Shown: positions 45,164 through 58,300 of the stretch, piece by piece
How positions within the stretch are numbered: the stretch's first letter is position 1
Layout: the number at the start of each line of letters is the position of its first letter
Program-made: the position numbers and the translations under genes
Assembly (NCBI GenBank): GCA_048213135.1
Contig: PS015309.1
Location: 42,434 to 106,433, forward strand
Direction of reading: 5' to 3'
DNA from: Reclinomonas americana ATCC 50394
Taxonomy: Eukaryota
DNA length: 64,000 nucleotides
The notes under the pieces: model-generated
Database searches by the model: none
The model's input: only the letters and a program-made list of their open reading frames with translations
Told to the model about the DNA's origin: nothing

Positions 45164-46610
45164 CTGCGGAAGGGGCGGGAGACGCACCTTGATGCCAGGC
45201 TCGCCTCGTGTCGCCATCCATCATGATCCACCGACTGGGCTGGTCGTGACTCATGCCATCACTGACGGCCTCGTACTCACTGCGGGCGGGCATTTGCGCG
45301 TGCTGCCGTGCTTGTGTGGCAGCAGCGGCGGCCGCAAATCGCTCGCTGGCCTGCGACGCCACTGTTGTCACCTGTTGCGAGAGTCGTCGATTCTCTTCGC
45401 GCAGTTGCATCACCAGCTGCTCACGTTCCTTGGCCTGCAACAGGGTGAGCGTGTGTGCTGCTCGTATTTTGCACACAGAAATACAGCCGCACCTCGCCCG
45501 CCATCTCGGCCAAGTCGGAGCGCAGCTGATGATTGTGTCGTGCGATGCGGTCCAACTCCTCGCGCAGCACATGAACCTCCTTGGCCTGGTGCGAGCTCAC
45601 GTCGGCATGATCATACGCCTGCTTTGTTACCACTCGCAACGCCCTCGCTTTCTTCTCCGCCTGCGTTCCACAAGAGGGTTCACGGAACTGAGCGCGTCGG
45701 CAACTCGAACAATACATACACACACACGCACACACGCACCGTGGCCTCCACCACCCGCGCACTCTCCTCGGCCCTGCGTCGAAGCTTGTCGTTGCGCATC
45801 GCCAACTCTCGAGTCTGCCGATATCTGTCCTTGGTCTCCTGCACCGTCGTCTCCAGTGTGCTCACGCGCTGCTTCAGCTCCGTCACCTGCTTCTCCAGCT
45901 CGCACTTCTCGGCACTGCATTACCACGCAGCACAAGTCACACACTCGGGCGACGGAGAGGAGCGAATACAGCGAGAGTGGAGCCTACGTACCTGATCGTG
46001 GCGAGCTTGGCCTGCTTCCGTTCGACCTTTTTCTCCGCATTCGCCGCCTTCTTTTGTACCTGCTGTTCGCGGCCACTCATCTCCGCCGCTTGCTTCTGCA
46101 CCTCGGCAAAGCGCTTCCGCAGTTCACCGTACGCCTGATCGGCCTCCCACAGCCGCTGAGCGTCCTCTTGACTCTTGTGGTTTGCGTTGTCAGTTTGGAC
46201 GCGCCACCACGCTACACGAGAGCAGTGCGCCACTCACCTGTGCCGTCAGTCGCTCCACTTCGGCTTGCAACTGGTGCTGCTCGGCCACCGAGGCCGCCAG
46301 TCGACCGTGACCCTCTTGAATGCGCACACTCATCGCCTGATCACACGTGAGAGTGAGAGTGGGGCAAACACACCAACAGAGCACAAGCGGGAAAGTCACG
46401 CACATTGGCCTGCACTGTCAGCTCCTCATGCTGCCGCTGCAACGAGCGATACTCGCGGGCCAGCACTGCTCATGCGATCAGACAAAGAGGGAAAGAGTGA
46501 GACAGAAAAGAAGGCGCGCACTCACCCGACAGCTGCTCCGCCTTCTCCTCGTTCTCCTTTTGCGACACATCCAGCCGCTGTTGCAGCGACAAGTACATCG
46601 GAATGGCCAT
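45164..46610 (-). CDS. Coiled-coil protein of unknown function (3' end in gap)
   Basis: E/K/Q/R-rich heptad exons (LQQRLDVSQKENEEKAEQL, LKQRVSTLETTVQETKDRY, EREQLVMQLREENRRL) joined by GT-AG introns. Confidence 0.6.
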
Positions 46611-46701
46611 CGCTCACTACTCCTCTTTTCTCCTCCCGCGTAAAATCGCCGTGTCAACGGTCACTCACACACACACACTTCATCACACACACACGCACAC
46701 A

Positions 46702-49700
46702 ATGAGCTCGAAACCGCGTCGCGTCTCCACCGGAGGTGCTTCCATGTCCAGTGCGCGTTCTGCCACGTCCTCTTCCACAACTACCACCACCACCACAACC
46801 ACCACAAGACGTCGTCCACAACAAGCCTCCTCCTCTGCGGCTGCTGCTGGTGCCTCTTCTCCTGCTCCTCCACCACCTCCTCCTCGTTCACAAGCCGAGT
46901 CTGCGTCACACATTGCGGCCTCGCTCATTGTGCGTCTTCCTCTCCTGCGTGTGTGAGAGCAGAGATTGAGCATCTATCTGACTGTTGCCACACAACAGTG
47001 TGACAAGGCTCAGGAGCGCTCACTGGAGAAGATCTACGATCTGGATCTGCGCGACTGCAAGCTGACCACGAGTCGAGGGCTGGAGAAGGTCTCCTTTCGC
47101 TGACTTGTCTCATCACTGGGGGGAGTTTCGACTCATATCAGCATCATCTGTGCAGTGTGTTCGTCTGAAGAAGCTCGACTTGTCGCACAATGAGCTGGAG
47201 GTGCTGGAGGGACTGCAGGAGTGCACTGATCTGCGCGAGTTGCGCGCCACTCGCAATCTACTGCGTGCCTTGTCGGGCTTGGAAAAGTGCGCTGCTGTTG
47301 TCGTCGTCGTCGTCTGTCGGCTTGTCGGTGGTGATGAGCACTCACACCGTGCACTCACAGATGCACCCGACTGACGGCACTGTATGTGGCGGATAATCGC
47401 ATCGCGGCGTTGGATGACAGCCTGCGTGCGTGCGAGACGCTGACGACGCTGTCGATGCCAAACAACGTGTTGACGGCGTTGGATCAGCGATGGTTTGAGA
47501 CGTTTAGGCCGGTGTTGCAGACGCTGGATATCTCGGGGAACGCGTTCGGCACTGGTGACACGGGTGGAGTGCTCAGATTACCGCGCAGTGGCTTCCCCGA
47601 GTTGCGGACGTTGCATGCCAACAACAATTCTGTCGGTGAAGTGCGTGGCTTGTCGGTGTTGCCGGCGTTGGAGGAGTTGCTGCTGCGGTACAACCGTCTG
47701 GTCTCCTTTGCCGGCGTCTCCAATCTCGACAAGTGTGAGCGGCTGACTCGTCTGGATCTCACCGGCAACCAGCTGGTGGGCATGGAGTTCTTCCCGCCGT
47801 CAATGCCGGCTCTGACCGAGCTGCTGTTGGCGCGCAACAAGCTGGCCGGCAGTGTGCGTGAGGCGCTGCGTGTCATTGCTGCGGCTTGTCCGAGAGTGGA
47901 GGTGTTGGAGTTGGATCGCAATCTGCTCGAGAGCGACGGTCTTGCGCCCTCGACCTACCTGCTGGAGCTGCAGCCGTTGGCGTCGCTCGCCGAGTTCTCG
48001 CTGTTTGAGAATCCGTGCATGGAGGTCGTCGACCCGGTGCAGTTTCGTGTGGGTGCGATGGAGAGCAGAGAGTTGTAAGGGTGTGCCGACATGCTGTGTT
48101 TGTCACAGGTTTGTGGAGACGGCCATGCTGTTGCTGCCGACGGTCGACACAATCGACAAGCTGCCCGTCCGTCCAATTGGTGATCAACCGGCCGCGGCGC
48201 CCAACCAGGACTACGGCCTGCAGCTCACCAGCCTCGATGAGTTGGAGCGGGAGCTGGAGTCGCTGATGCGTACAGATGGCGAGGGTTCATCGTCGACACC
48301 ACGCGCACAAGGCACCTCCCGGCGACCGCCAGTTGGGCGACCGGGCTCCGCCTCGGGTGGCCGTCCGGGCTCGGCGGGTGGTCTTCGCAGACCACAGACA
48401 CCGGGAACCAGTGTGCCGACCACAGCTTCAGGTGTGTGTGTGTTTGTGTATGTGAATGGAGTTTGAGTGGTGTGGGAGTGTGCTCATTTGATGGGTGTTG
48501 TAGGTCGACCAATTCTACGCGCAGTCAACTCGCGCCCAGTCAACGTGTACCGAACAGTGTCCACCGATGCTGTCATGTCGGCGGTGAAGGAGCTGCGGCG
48601 GGAGATGGATTCGATCACCAATCGCTACCTCGAAGTGTTTGAGTCGCTGGAGAAGAAGGCCACAAGTGCGTTTGACATTCTCGTACTCCTTTCATTCGAT
48701 CGTCATCCTCATTCTTTTGCGTGTGTGCAGTTATTAATGACAAGGCCATGGATTCGGTGCGCTCGCTGTCGTCTGCCGACGGTTCGCCGTCGTCCAAGGC
48801 CAGCGTGCGACCGCCCTCTGCTGCCTCGTCGGAAGTGGCTGCGCTTGCCGATCCCGGTTCAACAACGTTCCTCACGACACTNNNNNNNNNNNNNNNNNNN
48901 NNNNNNNNNNNNNNNNNNNNNNNNNNNNNNNNNNNNNNNNNNNNNNNNNNNNNNNNNNNNNNNNNNNNNNNNNNNNNNNNNNNNNNNNNNNNNNNNNNNN
49001 NNNNNNNNNNNNNNNNNNNNNNNNNNNNNNNNNNNNNNNNNNNNNNNNNNNNNNNNNNNNNNNNNNNNNNNNNNNNNNNNNNNNNNNNNNNNNNNNNNNN
49101 NNNNNNNNNNNNNNNNNNNNNNNNNNNNNNNNNNNNNNNNNNNNNNNNNNNNNNNNNNNNNNNNNNNNNNNNNNNNNNNNNNNNNNNNNNNNNNNNNNNN
49201 NNNNNNNNNNNNNNNNNNNNNNNNNNCACCGGCAGCGAAGAGGAAGAGGAGCGACCGCGTACGGCCAGCGCACGTCCACGCTCGCGGCTGGAGGAGGCTC
49301 GTTCCGCCTCCCGTGTGCTGTACGGCAAGCAGAGTGGCGCCGCCGAGGCAGCGCTGTCGGTGCGACCGGGTACGGCTGGCGGTTCCGGCTCGCGTCCTGG
49401 GTCGTCGGCCTCGGCCAGTCGACCGTCCACTGCCGACAGCGCCGGCGGCGCTGCGGTGAGTTTCGGTGACCTGTTTGCCAAGCCCGCGGTCGCAGCAGGA
49501 GGAGCGGGAACACGTGCACGGCGGACACCGTCGCCACCGTCACTGGCAGTGCGCAAGTCGGCGGCAGCGGCGGCGGCGGCTTCTGGCAGTGGCCGGTTAC
49601 CGTCGTCGTCGTTTGCCGAAGACGCGCATTCGGACTCGTCGTCTCTGTCGTCGCTGGATGAGGAGCAGGAGGCGGCGTTGCAGGCGCGCATGGGCGACTG

Positions 49701-50404
49701 GAAGCTTGACAGCGACGACGATGAAATGGACGACGACGACGACGGCGACGATCGTGGTGTTGGTGTCGGCCGAGGGGCGGCGGCGGCGACGAATGGCACG
49801 AGAAGCAGCGGCGACTACAGAGGCAGTGGCAGTGGTGTGAGCGGCTCGGCGAAGAGAGAGGAGATCAGTGACGACGATGACGACGACGACGACGACGATG
49901 CCGACTTTGGTGACAGCGAGCAGACCACAGCGAACGGTGTGAGCGAGGCTGTGCGATCGGTCCGCCGTCTCGACATCCCGCGCTCCACCGACAGCGGCGG
50001 CGGCGGCGGCGACGGTGATGACGATGAGGCGGAGGTGCGGCGGCAATCCGTGGCCAGCGACAGCAGTGCACGGCGAGAGTACCAGCCGTCGTACGCGCAA
50101 GTTCCCGGCATCACACCGAGGTGAGTGATTGTGAGAGGCGCTTGGTCTGCCTTGCACTTCCTCTCACGGCTTACCGACGTGCTTTTGCACAGGGAGCGTC
50201 CGTGGTCCGCCACCAAACCCATTGACTTTTCTGGCAAGCAAGCCGAGAAGCGTCTCATCAGCGACACCGACAAGAAAGGTGTGACCATTTTTCTTGGTGA
50301 ATATGCGCGCGCGCGCGCATCCATCGTCTCACTTGGTATGCATGCACGCAGGATACTCCTCGTTCAAGCCACGGTTCATGAAGAAGAAGAGCGACGACAC
50401 ATGA
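46702..50404 (+). CDS. SDS22-like leucine-rich repeat protein with long disordered C-terminus
   Basis: LxxLxLxxN repeats (LKKLDLSHNEL, LRELRATRNLL, LQTLDISGNAF, LEELLLRYNRL, LTRLDLTGNQL), an LRR cap (LFENP...LLLPTVDTID) and an acidic/Ser-rich tail; stop at 50404. Confidence 0.8.
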
Positions 50405-50570
50405 GAGGACATAAACCCCAAGTACTTTTTTTGTGCCGTTTTGATAGTGCGCACTGCCAAGCTACTCAGGTTCGGCAACTATTGTAGGCAAATTCTTAAC
50501 ATGGTGTACTCTTCTCCTCATAGAGAGAGGCACACAGTTGTATAAAGCAAAGAGAAAAACCGGGAAAGGA

Positions 50571-51142
50571 TTACTCGCCACCACCACCACCACCAGCCGT
50601 GGCAGGCGGCGGCGCATCTGCAGCAGCCGAATCCTCCTGCTGCTGCGAGGCCAGCGCGGCCAGTCTCGCCTGCAACTGCTCCGACATGGTCTGCCCAAAC
50701 GACTCATCGATCTGCAACAGCAGCGAGTGGATGGTCTCAAATGGAGTCTCGCTGCCAGCCTGCACGAGAAGGAGTGAGTGCGTGTGAAATGCGAGCTCGC
50801 AGCGTGAGACCAGACACGCACCAGACGATAGCCCTGCACGGTGCCTTCGACGCGCACTTGCCGACCGCTCTTGAGCAGAATATCCGCAAAGTGCGGGTCC
50901 TCGCGGTCTTGCGCCGCCGCACTCACCACCTCACTGTGCGCAACAACAACGTTGGTGTTTCCGAACTCACACACACAGACACCCACTCTCTCCTCACACA
51001 CACACACACACCTGTCAATGAGATCCTGCAGCGCCAGTCGCACCTCGTCGAGCATCGAATCCTGCACAATCACCAGCTCATTCTGCTCGAGCTCGTCATC
51101 ATACGCATCGTCCTCGTAGACTCTTCGCGCATCCTCAGACAT
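50571..51142 (-). CDS. GSKIP/DUF727-domain small protein
   Basis: Three exons; C-terminal PFETIHSLLLQIDESFGQTMSEQLQARLAAL resembles the GSKIP domain. Confidence 0.65.
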
Positions 51143-51310
51143 TTCCTTGTGTGTGAGATGATTACCGACAAGACAGACAGAGATGGAAAGAGGGTGGAGG
51201 GGGGGTTAACGCTACTAAACAAGATAACAAACAAGGGAGAGGATAACAAAGGAGAGGAGAGCGCTCTCACGCGACTCTATTGATAATCGAACACGCGAGT
51301 CGCTGACAGA

Positions 51311-51321
51311 TGGCGCGAAAA
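51311..51321 (-). promoter_or_regulatory. E2F-like site TTTTCGCGCCA in the GSKIP-like/HAUS4 divergent spacer
   Basis: Matches the E2F consensus TTTSSCGC, a few bases upstream of the HAUS4 ATG. Short motif, function inferred. Confidence 0.35.
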
Positions 51322-51328
51322 TCGACGA

Positions 51329-52690
51329 ATGGACGACGTTGGTGCGTGGATCACGCCCCTCTCTCTCCCATCCATCCCTCTCTGTTCAACTCACGTCCCT
51401 CGTCCATTCTATTGCGTCAGCCGATGTGCATGTGGGCGTGGCGCTAGGACTGGGCGAGGTGACAACGTCGACGTTGGAGGAGCGACCAGAGTTTCGCGCC
51501 TTGCTGGAGCGACTGCAGGAGGTGCTGGTCGATCGCTCGTGCTTGCCAGTCGAGCAGCGAGAGGCACAGGACAAGGTCTGTGTGTGTGCGTGTCGGGCAG
51601 AGTCTCGCAACTGATGATCATCATTTGTTGTTGTTGGCGGTGATGAGACAGCTGCGACAGCAGGTGGACAGTGAGCGACTGGCCTTCCTGCGGCACTCGT
51701 TGCTGTTGAGTCAGTTGGAGGATGCGGCATTGGCGGTGGGCGGAGGCAGTGGCGAGGGCGTGGATGACAAGTCCAAGGCGCCAGTGGTGCTGCAGGCGTT
51801 GGCGCGCGCTGCGGCGGCGCACTTGACGCGGGTGCGGGAGCGGGCGCTGCATGCGGCACGAGCACCGCACTCGTCGGTGGTGCACTTGTTGGATGTGACA
51901 CCGCAGGTACGTGTGTGTCTGTCTCTGTGTGCTTGATTGGCGAAGAGGTGACACGGCGGTGCAGGCGTTGCAGAATGCGCGGCTCGGTGGTGCCGAGGAC
52001 TCGCCCGTCTCGGTGGTGAGCCAGGCGGTGGAGCGGCGGTTGCGGCGGCACCTGATGGCACTGGCCAGCTTCACCGCCGAGGACGATGCTGAAGTGAGCT
52101 CGCGCCACCCTCTACCTCCCTCCCTCCCTCTGGTGCTCAGCACCCCCCCTCCACAGAACTCCAAGCTGATGCTCTCCAAGGCACGCCAGCTGCCACAACT
52201 GGTGCGCCAGTGGCAGACGCGGCTGCAGGTGGCACGCGAGCGGCTGGCCCAGAGGCGACACGTCACGCGGCAGCTGCTGCTGGCGCAGGTCGAGCTCACC
52301 GCCAAGTGTGTGGCGGCGGCTGGCGAAGTGCTGGTGCGACACCGTCTCCCGCCACACGGATTGCGCTTCCGACACGACGAACTGTGGCAAGAGTGGCTGG
52401 TGGAGCGCTTCCGTGCCATGACGCTCAAGCTGGGCGTGCTCAAGTACGAGTACCTGCGCGACACGTACACGGTGGAGAGCGTGCAAGCGCTAGCCAAGAT
52501 ACGCGACCGTGTCATGGCGCGCGTACGCTCCGTCCGCCGCTCGGTGGAGGAGCGTGAGGATGCACTGGAAAAGTACCGGCGAGCCAGCGATGCCGACCCG
52601 GCATTCGCCCAGATCGCCCAGGAATACGGTCACACACTCGAGCAGATCCAGGAGAAGGAGTGGGCGCTGCGTGAGCTCGACAAGCGGTAA
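51329..52690 (+). CDS. HAUS4: Augmin/HAUS subunit 4
   Basis: EWLVERFRAMTLKLGVLKYEYLRDTYTVESVQALAKIRDRV...FAQIAQEYGHTLEQIQEKEWALREL matches the HAUS4 C-terminal pattern. Confidence 0.85.
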
Positions 52691-52763
52691 AGAGAAAACA
52701 AAATGTATACTGCAGCAAAAAAAGCCGTGATCTCCCCACCGCCACACCCGCCTCTGCCCGTGC

Positions 52764-53637
52764 TCACACCCCCAATGACAGGCGCGTGAACTGCGAAAAG
52801 TCGACACGCGTAGCATCACGCAGCGTCGCCACCAGCTCCTGCAGCTCTTCCGCATTGCACAAGAACTGCACACCGCCCTCCGACGTCTCCAGCTCAATCG
52901 TGTACAACTGCAGTCCGCAGTGAGCGCGCCTCCACACACCTGCACGCCAAGCAAGCACACGCAAGCACGCAACTGGTCGCGCATCAATCGCCTGCGTCGA
53001 GTCACGCGTGTAGTGATCCAGTCGCCACCGCACACCACGCAGTTGCGGCAGTCCCGTCGTTCCCACCGCCGACAGCCGCTCACGAATCTGTGCCAGATGT
53101 GCATCAAAGGCCGACACCACCGCCGCCTGTCGCTCACCCGTCACACCCGCCTCCTCCAACGCCGATCTTTTTGTGTGTCTCCAAAAGATGAGCAACACGA
53201 ATTGATCCGAGCGCATCATCCACCAGACTCACCCCAGATCGAGTGAATGCACACTGCGCTTTGCCGCCTGTGTGTACAACGCCAGCAGTCCCGCATGCGC
53301 TGCCTTGACCAGCACTCTCTGCTCATCGCTCACACCTCCGCCTGTGCGTGAACATGTCAACACTCACACACACGCGCGCGCTCTCTCTCTCTCTATGCAC
53401 GCAACCCAACACATCCTCCAGCAGCTCGCCACGCGCAGCGGCCGACGAGGCCAATGCACGCGCCGAGGCCTCGGCCACTTGCCGCACATGCGCCGCACTG
53501 AGCGAGCTCAGTGTGACCAGCGCAGCACGCTGTGACTCACTGACCAGCGGGCCTCCTCCCGCCACTGATGCACCAGCTCCACCTACTGCTGCAGCAGCTG
53601 ACGATGATGATGAACCAGCGCCGGCTGCTGAGGCCAT
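52764..53637 (-). CDS. COMMD3: COMM domain-containing protein 3
   Basis: LPQLRGVRWRLDHY...VQFLCNAEELQELVATLRDA (COMM domain); N-terminal VKAAHAGLLALYTQAAK; 3 introns. Confidence 0.8.
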
Positions 53638-53682
53638 TATATGTGCAAAGATAAGATNNNNNNNNNNNNNNNNNNNNAGTAC

Positions 53683-53683
<1 letters not shown>

Positions 53684-53734
<51 letters not shown>
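53684..53734. repeat. (TC)n microsatellite in an ISCA2 intron next to a gap
   Basis: Directly visible. Confidence 0.95.
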
Positions 53735-53740
<6 letters not shown>

Positions 53741-53743
53741 TAC

Positions 53744-54382
53744 CAGGTCGCGTTGCACAAAATCTATGGTGGCTCCCTTGAGGAAGGGTTCGCTGGCGCT
53801 GTCGACCACAATCTTGGCGCCGTTCTTCTCCAACACTCTGCGTTGTTGTTGTTGCGCATTCAGCAACAACAACACTCACTTGCAGGCACGAGCGACGCTC
53901 ACCGATCGCCCTCTTTGACCATTGTATCCTCGCGAATGTCGTACTGGAAGCCCGAGCAGCCGCCAAACACCACGCCCACTCGCAAGTACACTTCGTCGCC
54001 AGTGGGAGTGGCAGGAGAAGAGCGCACCTCGTTGGCCAGCTGATCATTGATGAAACGAATGCGCTGTTGTGCATGTGTCACACAACGTCATCGCACGCTG
54101 ACAAGTGTGTGTGTGAGAGTGAGTGCGTACCTTGACACACGCATCGGTGACGTTGAGTAGTAGTGGTGCGGTTGATGACTGTGATTGTGCTGGTGGTGGT
54201 GGTGGTGGCGACGATGTTGATTGTGATGCTGATGCGTCGTCGTCAATCACTCGTCGTGTGCCGGAGAGTGTGGAGGCTAACCGGAGCCACGAGGAGTGTG
54301 CGTTGGTGAGTGACTGACTGGAGGCAGGCCTGCGCGTTGTCTGCCACGATCTCGCAGCGAGGGCGGAGAGCAACGGGAGCAT
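53744..54382 (-). CDS. ISCA2: Mitochondrial A-type Fe-S carrier ISCA2 (last exon missing at the gap 53658-53677)
   Basis: Presequence-like N-terminus, LNVTDACVKRI, YLRVGVVFGGCSGFQY, KIVVDSASEPFLKGATIDF, then donor gtaaga. The CxC exon is not in the assembly. Confidence 0.85.
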
Positions 54383-55384
54383 CTTGCGCTCTCTCTCTCT
54401 GTGAAATTGGATGAGGTGTGTGGGACGAACTTCTTTGCGCCTGTCCACGCTGGAACGAAAAAAGGCAGCAACGCGCGCGGATCAGGAGGGTCAACAATCG
54501 AGCTTGGCTGGGCGGCGATGCTGGGCAGCGATCTTCGAGTGACCTCGCGAAGTTCTAGATCCACGACCGGAATTGCCAATCAATGAGATGCATGTGATCG
54601 GTTTCGGCAAGGAGCTGCAAGCAGCAATCGACGTTCGCTTTGCGAGAGTTGAGGTCAGTCACGCTGTGACGATCCAGGGTCGACGGACCGAAGCGGATGC
54701 CGTGGAGATCGCAAGATATTGGCAGAGACTTCGAACTGAACAACCAATCCGAAATCCTTCTTTGTACACCGTCAGCACGGCAATGTCGAGACGCGCGGAG
54801 GAGGATGAGGACACAGACATCACTCTATGATCGCAAGGGTGTGCTCGTCATTGCCGGCGGTGCCGCTTCGATTTCCCCCGTATGCGAGTTGTCCAGTTTT
54901 GCGATTCGAATTCACAACTTGTGATGCAACTCGCTTCCGTGCACGCTTTCAACCAACGCCATCCCGCCACCTCTCCTCTTCGCCCCTCTCCCTCTTCCCC
55001 CACCTCCCTCACCTGCTCACCACACTCCCCGTCTTGCACCGCAACCAATCGGCATACCAAAAGTTCGTCCGAGATTGTGTGCTCTGTTTCGCGCCGAGTT
55101 CCCATTGTCTCGAGTCTGTGTAGTTGTGTGGAGCAAAGGCTACTATCCCCGTGCACCCCTAGACGCCTATCCAGCACCTCTCTCCCCTCCGTCTCTGCGT
55201 GTCTCTCGCAGCGTCTCTCCCTCCCTGCCCTCTTACCCCTGTCAAAGAAGGTACGCACATTCAGTGTCTCGGTGTGTGGGTTGTGTGTGTATGTGTGTCT
55301 CGACTTCACACACACTCACTCACTCATGTTTCGTACAGCTGTGAGAGCGTGTGCGTGTGTGTGTGTGCGTGTGTGTGAGCCCTC

Positions 55385-58300
55385 ATGAGCGGAGCGACGC
55401 GAGTTCGTCAACAACCACAACCTCATGTGCGCTCTCAATCGGCCTCATCGCCCACTTCCTCGGCGCGTCGCTCAGTGACCACAGTGTCGGCCTCACAACG
55501 CAACGCACGACCGACAGTTGCGTTTCTCACATGTCGCTTTCCAACCCCCGAATGCTCATCATCGCCAATTGCATCTTCTCCGCGCGCAGAGTGTGACGCG
55601 CGCGCATCCTCCACTCTCCCCCAAGTCCTCCACCCGAGTGGCACCGATCGCACCCGACGTCACTGTCACTCCCGGGCAGAAGAGACGGCCATCGTCGTCG
55701 TCCACCATCGAGGCCTCGTCGCCCTCGTCGCCGGCTTCTGCATCTGCGTCGATGGTGGCCGCAGTGGCGGCCGCGGCCACGCTGCGTCGATCGTCTCTGC
55801 AGTTGCCACTGGGAGCGCTGGAGAGTGCAGGACTCGGTAGCCAGTCGCCACGTTCGCCCTCGGCTCCGCCGTCGGCACGATCGCAGTGCGCCACCTTCCG
55901 CTACCACTCGCCCGATCACCGCGGAGGCGCGGCTGTGACGGCCCCCGTGCAGCCACCCATGTCGTCGCGATACGGGTCACCGTCGCACTCGCCGCGAGCC
56001 TCGCTGAGTGGAACGCTGTCGTCGAGCACCATGGCCGTCGCCCGCCGTCTCGGTGTCAATGTCGACGAGGCGCAGTTCATGGAGGTTTGTGGCAATGATC
56101 CCGACTCACGTAGTGCTGCACGCGAAGGAGAGGAAGACAGAGAGAGAGAGAGAGAGCTGTGCCACTGACCATGTTGTGCGTTGATAATGATCGTGATCGT
56201 CGGAGAATCCACCGAGGCTGGGCCACCGGCGTTGTGCTTTTGTTATCCTTCTCTCTCTGCATGCCATGCTCATCATGTTTGTTTGTGTTGGCGATAGGAT
56301 GTGCGCAAGACGGTGGTGCGGTTGAAGAGCTTGCCGAACAGCACGACCTACGTGGAGGATTCGGTGCAGTTTTTGGTCGAAGCCGCCAAGGAGAGCGACC
56401 ATCACCGAGTGATTATGCGTGAGCTGGGCACCTTGGAGGTGCTCGTCTCTCTGCTTCGTCACCACGGTACCAATGTCCAGTCGCTGGCCGCCGAGGCGCT
56501 GATGCTGCTTGGTGCGTGTGTGTTGTCCTCAGTTTCGCACATGCATGATTTGTCCGATCCTGAACCGATGCAATGTCGTCTTGTGTTGCAGCGAACAACA
56601 AGGGCAACCGCGACCGCATTCGCGAGGTCAATGGCATTCAGCCGCTCATTAATTTGCTGAGCAAGGAGTATGCGGTGTTGCCGGCCGCCATGGCGCTGCG
56701 CAATTTGTCTACTTCGTCGGAGAATCAGGTAAAGAAATGCCACTGCAGCACGTCTGATCCTTGTCGACTGTTGCTCATCAACCTGCGCCACAGCTCCGCA
56801 TCTACCAGTACGACGGCGTGGAGCCGCTCATTCGGCTGCTGCGACATGTGGATCCGCGCGTGCAGGAGCAAGCGGCTGCGGCCGTGGCCAACTGTGGTTC
56901 GCATTCTTGTCCCCAAGCGTGTGTGTTTGTGTGTGTGCTGCAGTCGACTCAAATCGATCGCCTTGTCGCACACAGCGGCCAACTCGACAAACCAGGGTCT
57001 CATTCGTGACCTCGGCGGCGTTCCACTGCTGGTGAACCTGCTGGCAATCAAGAACTCGCGCATTCAGCGACAAGCGGCCATGGCACTGAAGCACCTGGCC
57101 GGCAACGAGGTCAACCGCGACCTTGTGCGCGACGCCGGCGCTGTGCCGCTGCTGATCGCCATTCTGCACGAGGGCAAGACACGAGCCAAGGCCATGGCGG
57201 CTGGTGCGCTCGGATTCTTGGCCTACGGCGAGCAGGTTTGTGTTTCTGTGTGTCGTGTTCATGCCTGATCATCATCACTCGTGCTGAATCATACAATCGG
57301 CGGGCGCAGACTCGCGAGCTCATCCGCATCCACGGTGGCGTGGCACCGCTGTGTACCATGCTGCAGTCGAGCAACGTCGATTGCCTTGAGCAGGCCACCA
57401 CCTGCATTGTCAACGTTTGTGAGTACTCATTCATTCCCTTGTGTGCTGATCACTCGCTGGTGCTGTTGCTAACTGCTGCCGCCAATCGCCGAACAGCTCT
57501 GAACAAGACCAACCGCCACCTGATTCGCGAGTGCAAGGGCATCGAGAGCCTCATTCGCCTGTTGATGAGCTCGAACGCCACGGTGCAGGAGAATGCTGCG
57601 TGGGCGCTGAAGAACCTCGGTATGTGAATTCCCCTGTCAGTACGATGGCAAGCTCCTCCAGCATGACACTCATGCTTTGTCCCCCCTCGCAACAGCCATG
57701 ACACGCGCCAACCAGGACCACATTCGCGAGAATGGCGGCTTGGAGGTGATGTTGGACCTGCTGGAGACGGAGAATCACGAGCTGCTCTCACATCTGGTGT
57801 GGGGTCTCACCAATCTCAGTTGCGTCTCTATCTTTATTCTGTACCCATGGCCCTGTGACACGCCCGTGTATCTAGTTCTGACCGCTCGCTCGTGTATGCA
57901 GCCATCAACAAGTACAACCAAGACGAGATTCCGCGTCTTGACGGCATCCGCCCGCTGTTGCAGCTGCTGTCGCACGAGCGTGATGATGTGGTGGAGAAGG
58001 CCGCGTGGACGCTGACCAACCTGTCGGTCAGTGTGGAGAACCGCGACAAGATTCGTCTGGAGGGTGGCATTCCGCCCTTGATCACACTGCTGGCGCACCC
58101 GAACGCCAAGGTCAGTGCAGTGTTTGCGGGGACAAGGAGAGTCTCTCTGTGTTCTCCTCGCTGACTCTCTTTTGCAGTGCGTGGAGAAGGCGGTGGCCGC
58201 ACTCAGCAATCTGGCCACACGGAAGCCATGCCGCGAAGCCATTCGTAAGAACGGCGGCATTCCACCGCTGGTCGAACTGCTCGACTCGAACATTCCGGAG

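Noticed and set aside
53658-53744. ISCA2 as a truncated pseudogene
   Set aside because: The missing last exon coincides with a 20-N gap beside a (TC)n tract, so assembly loss is more likely.
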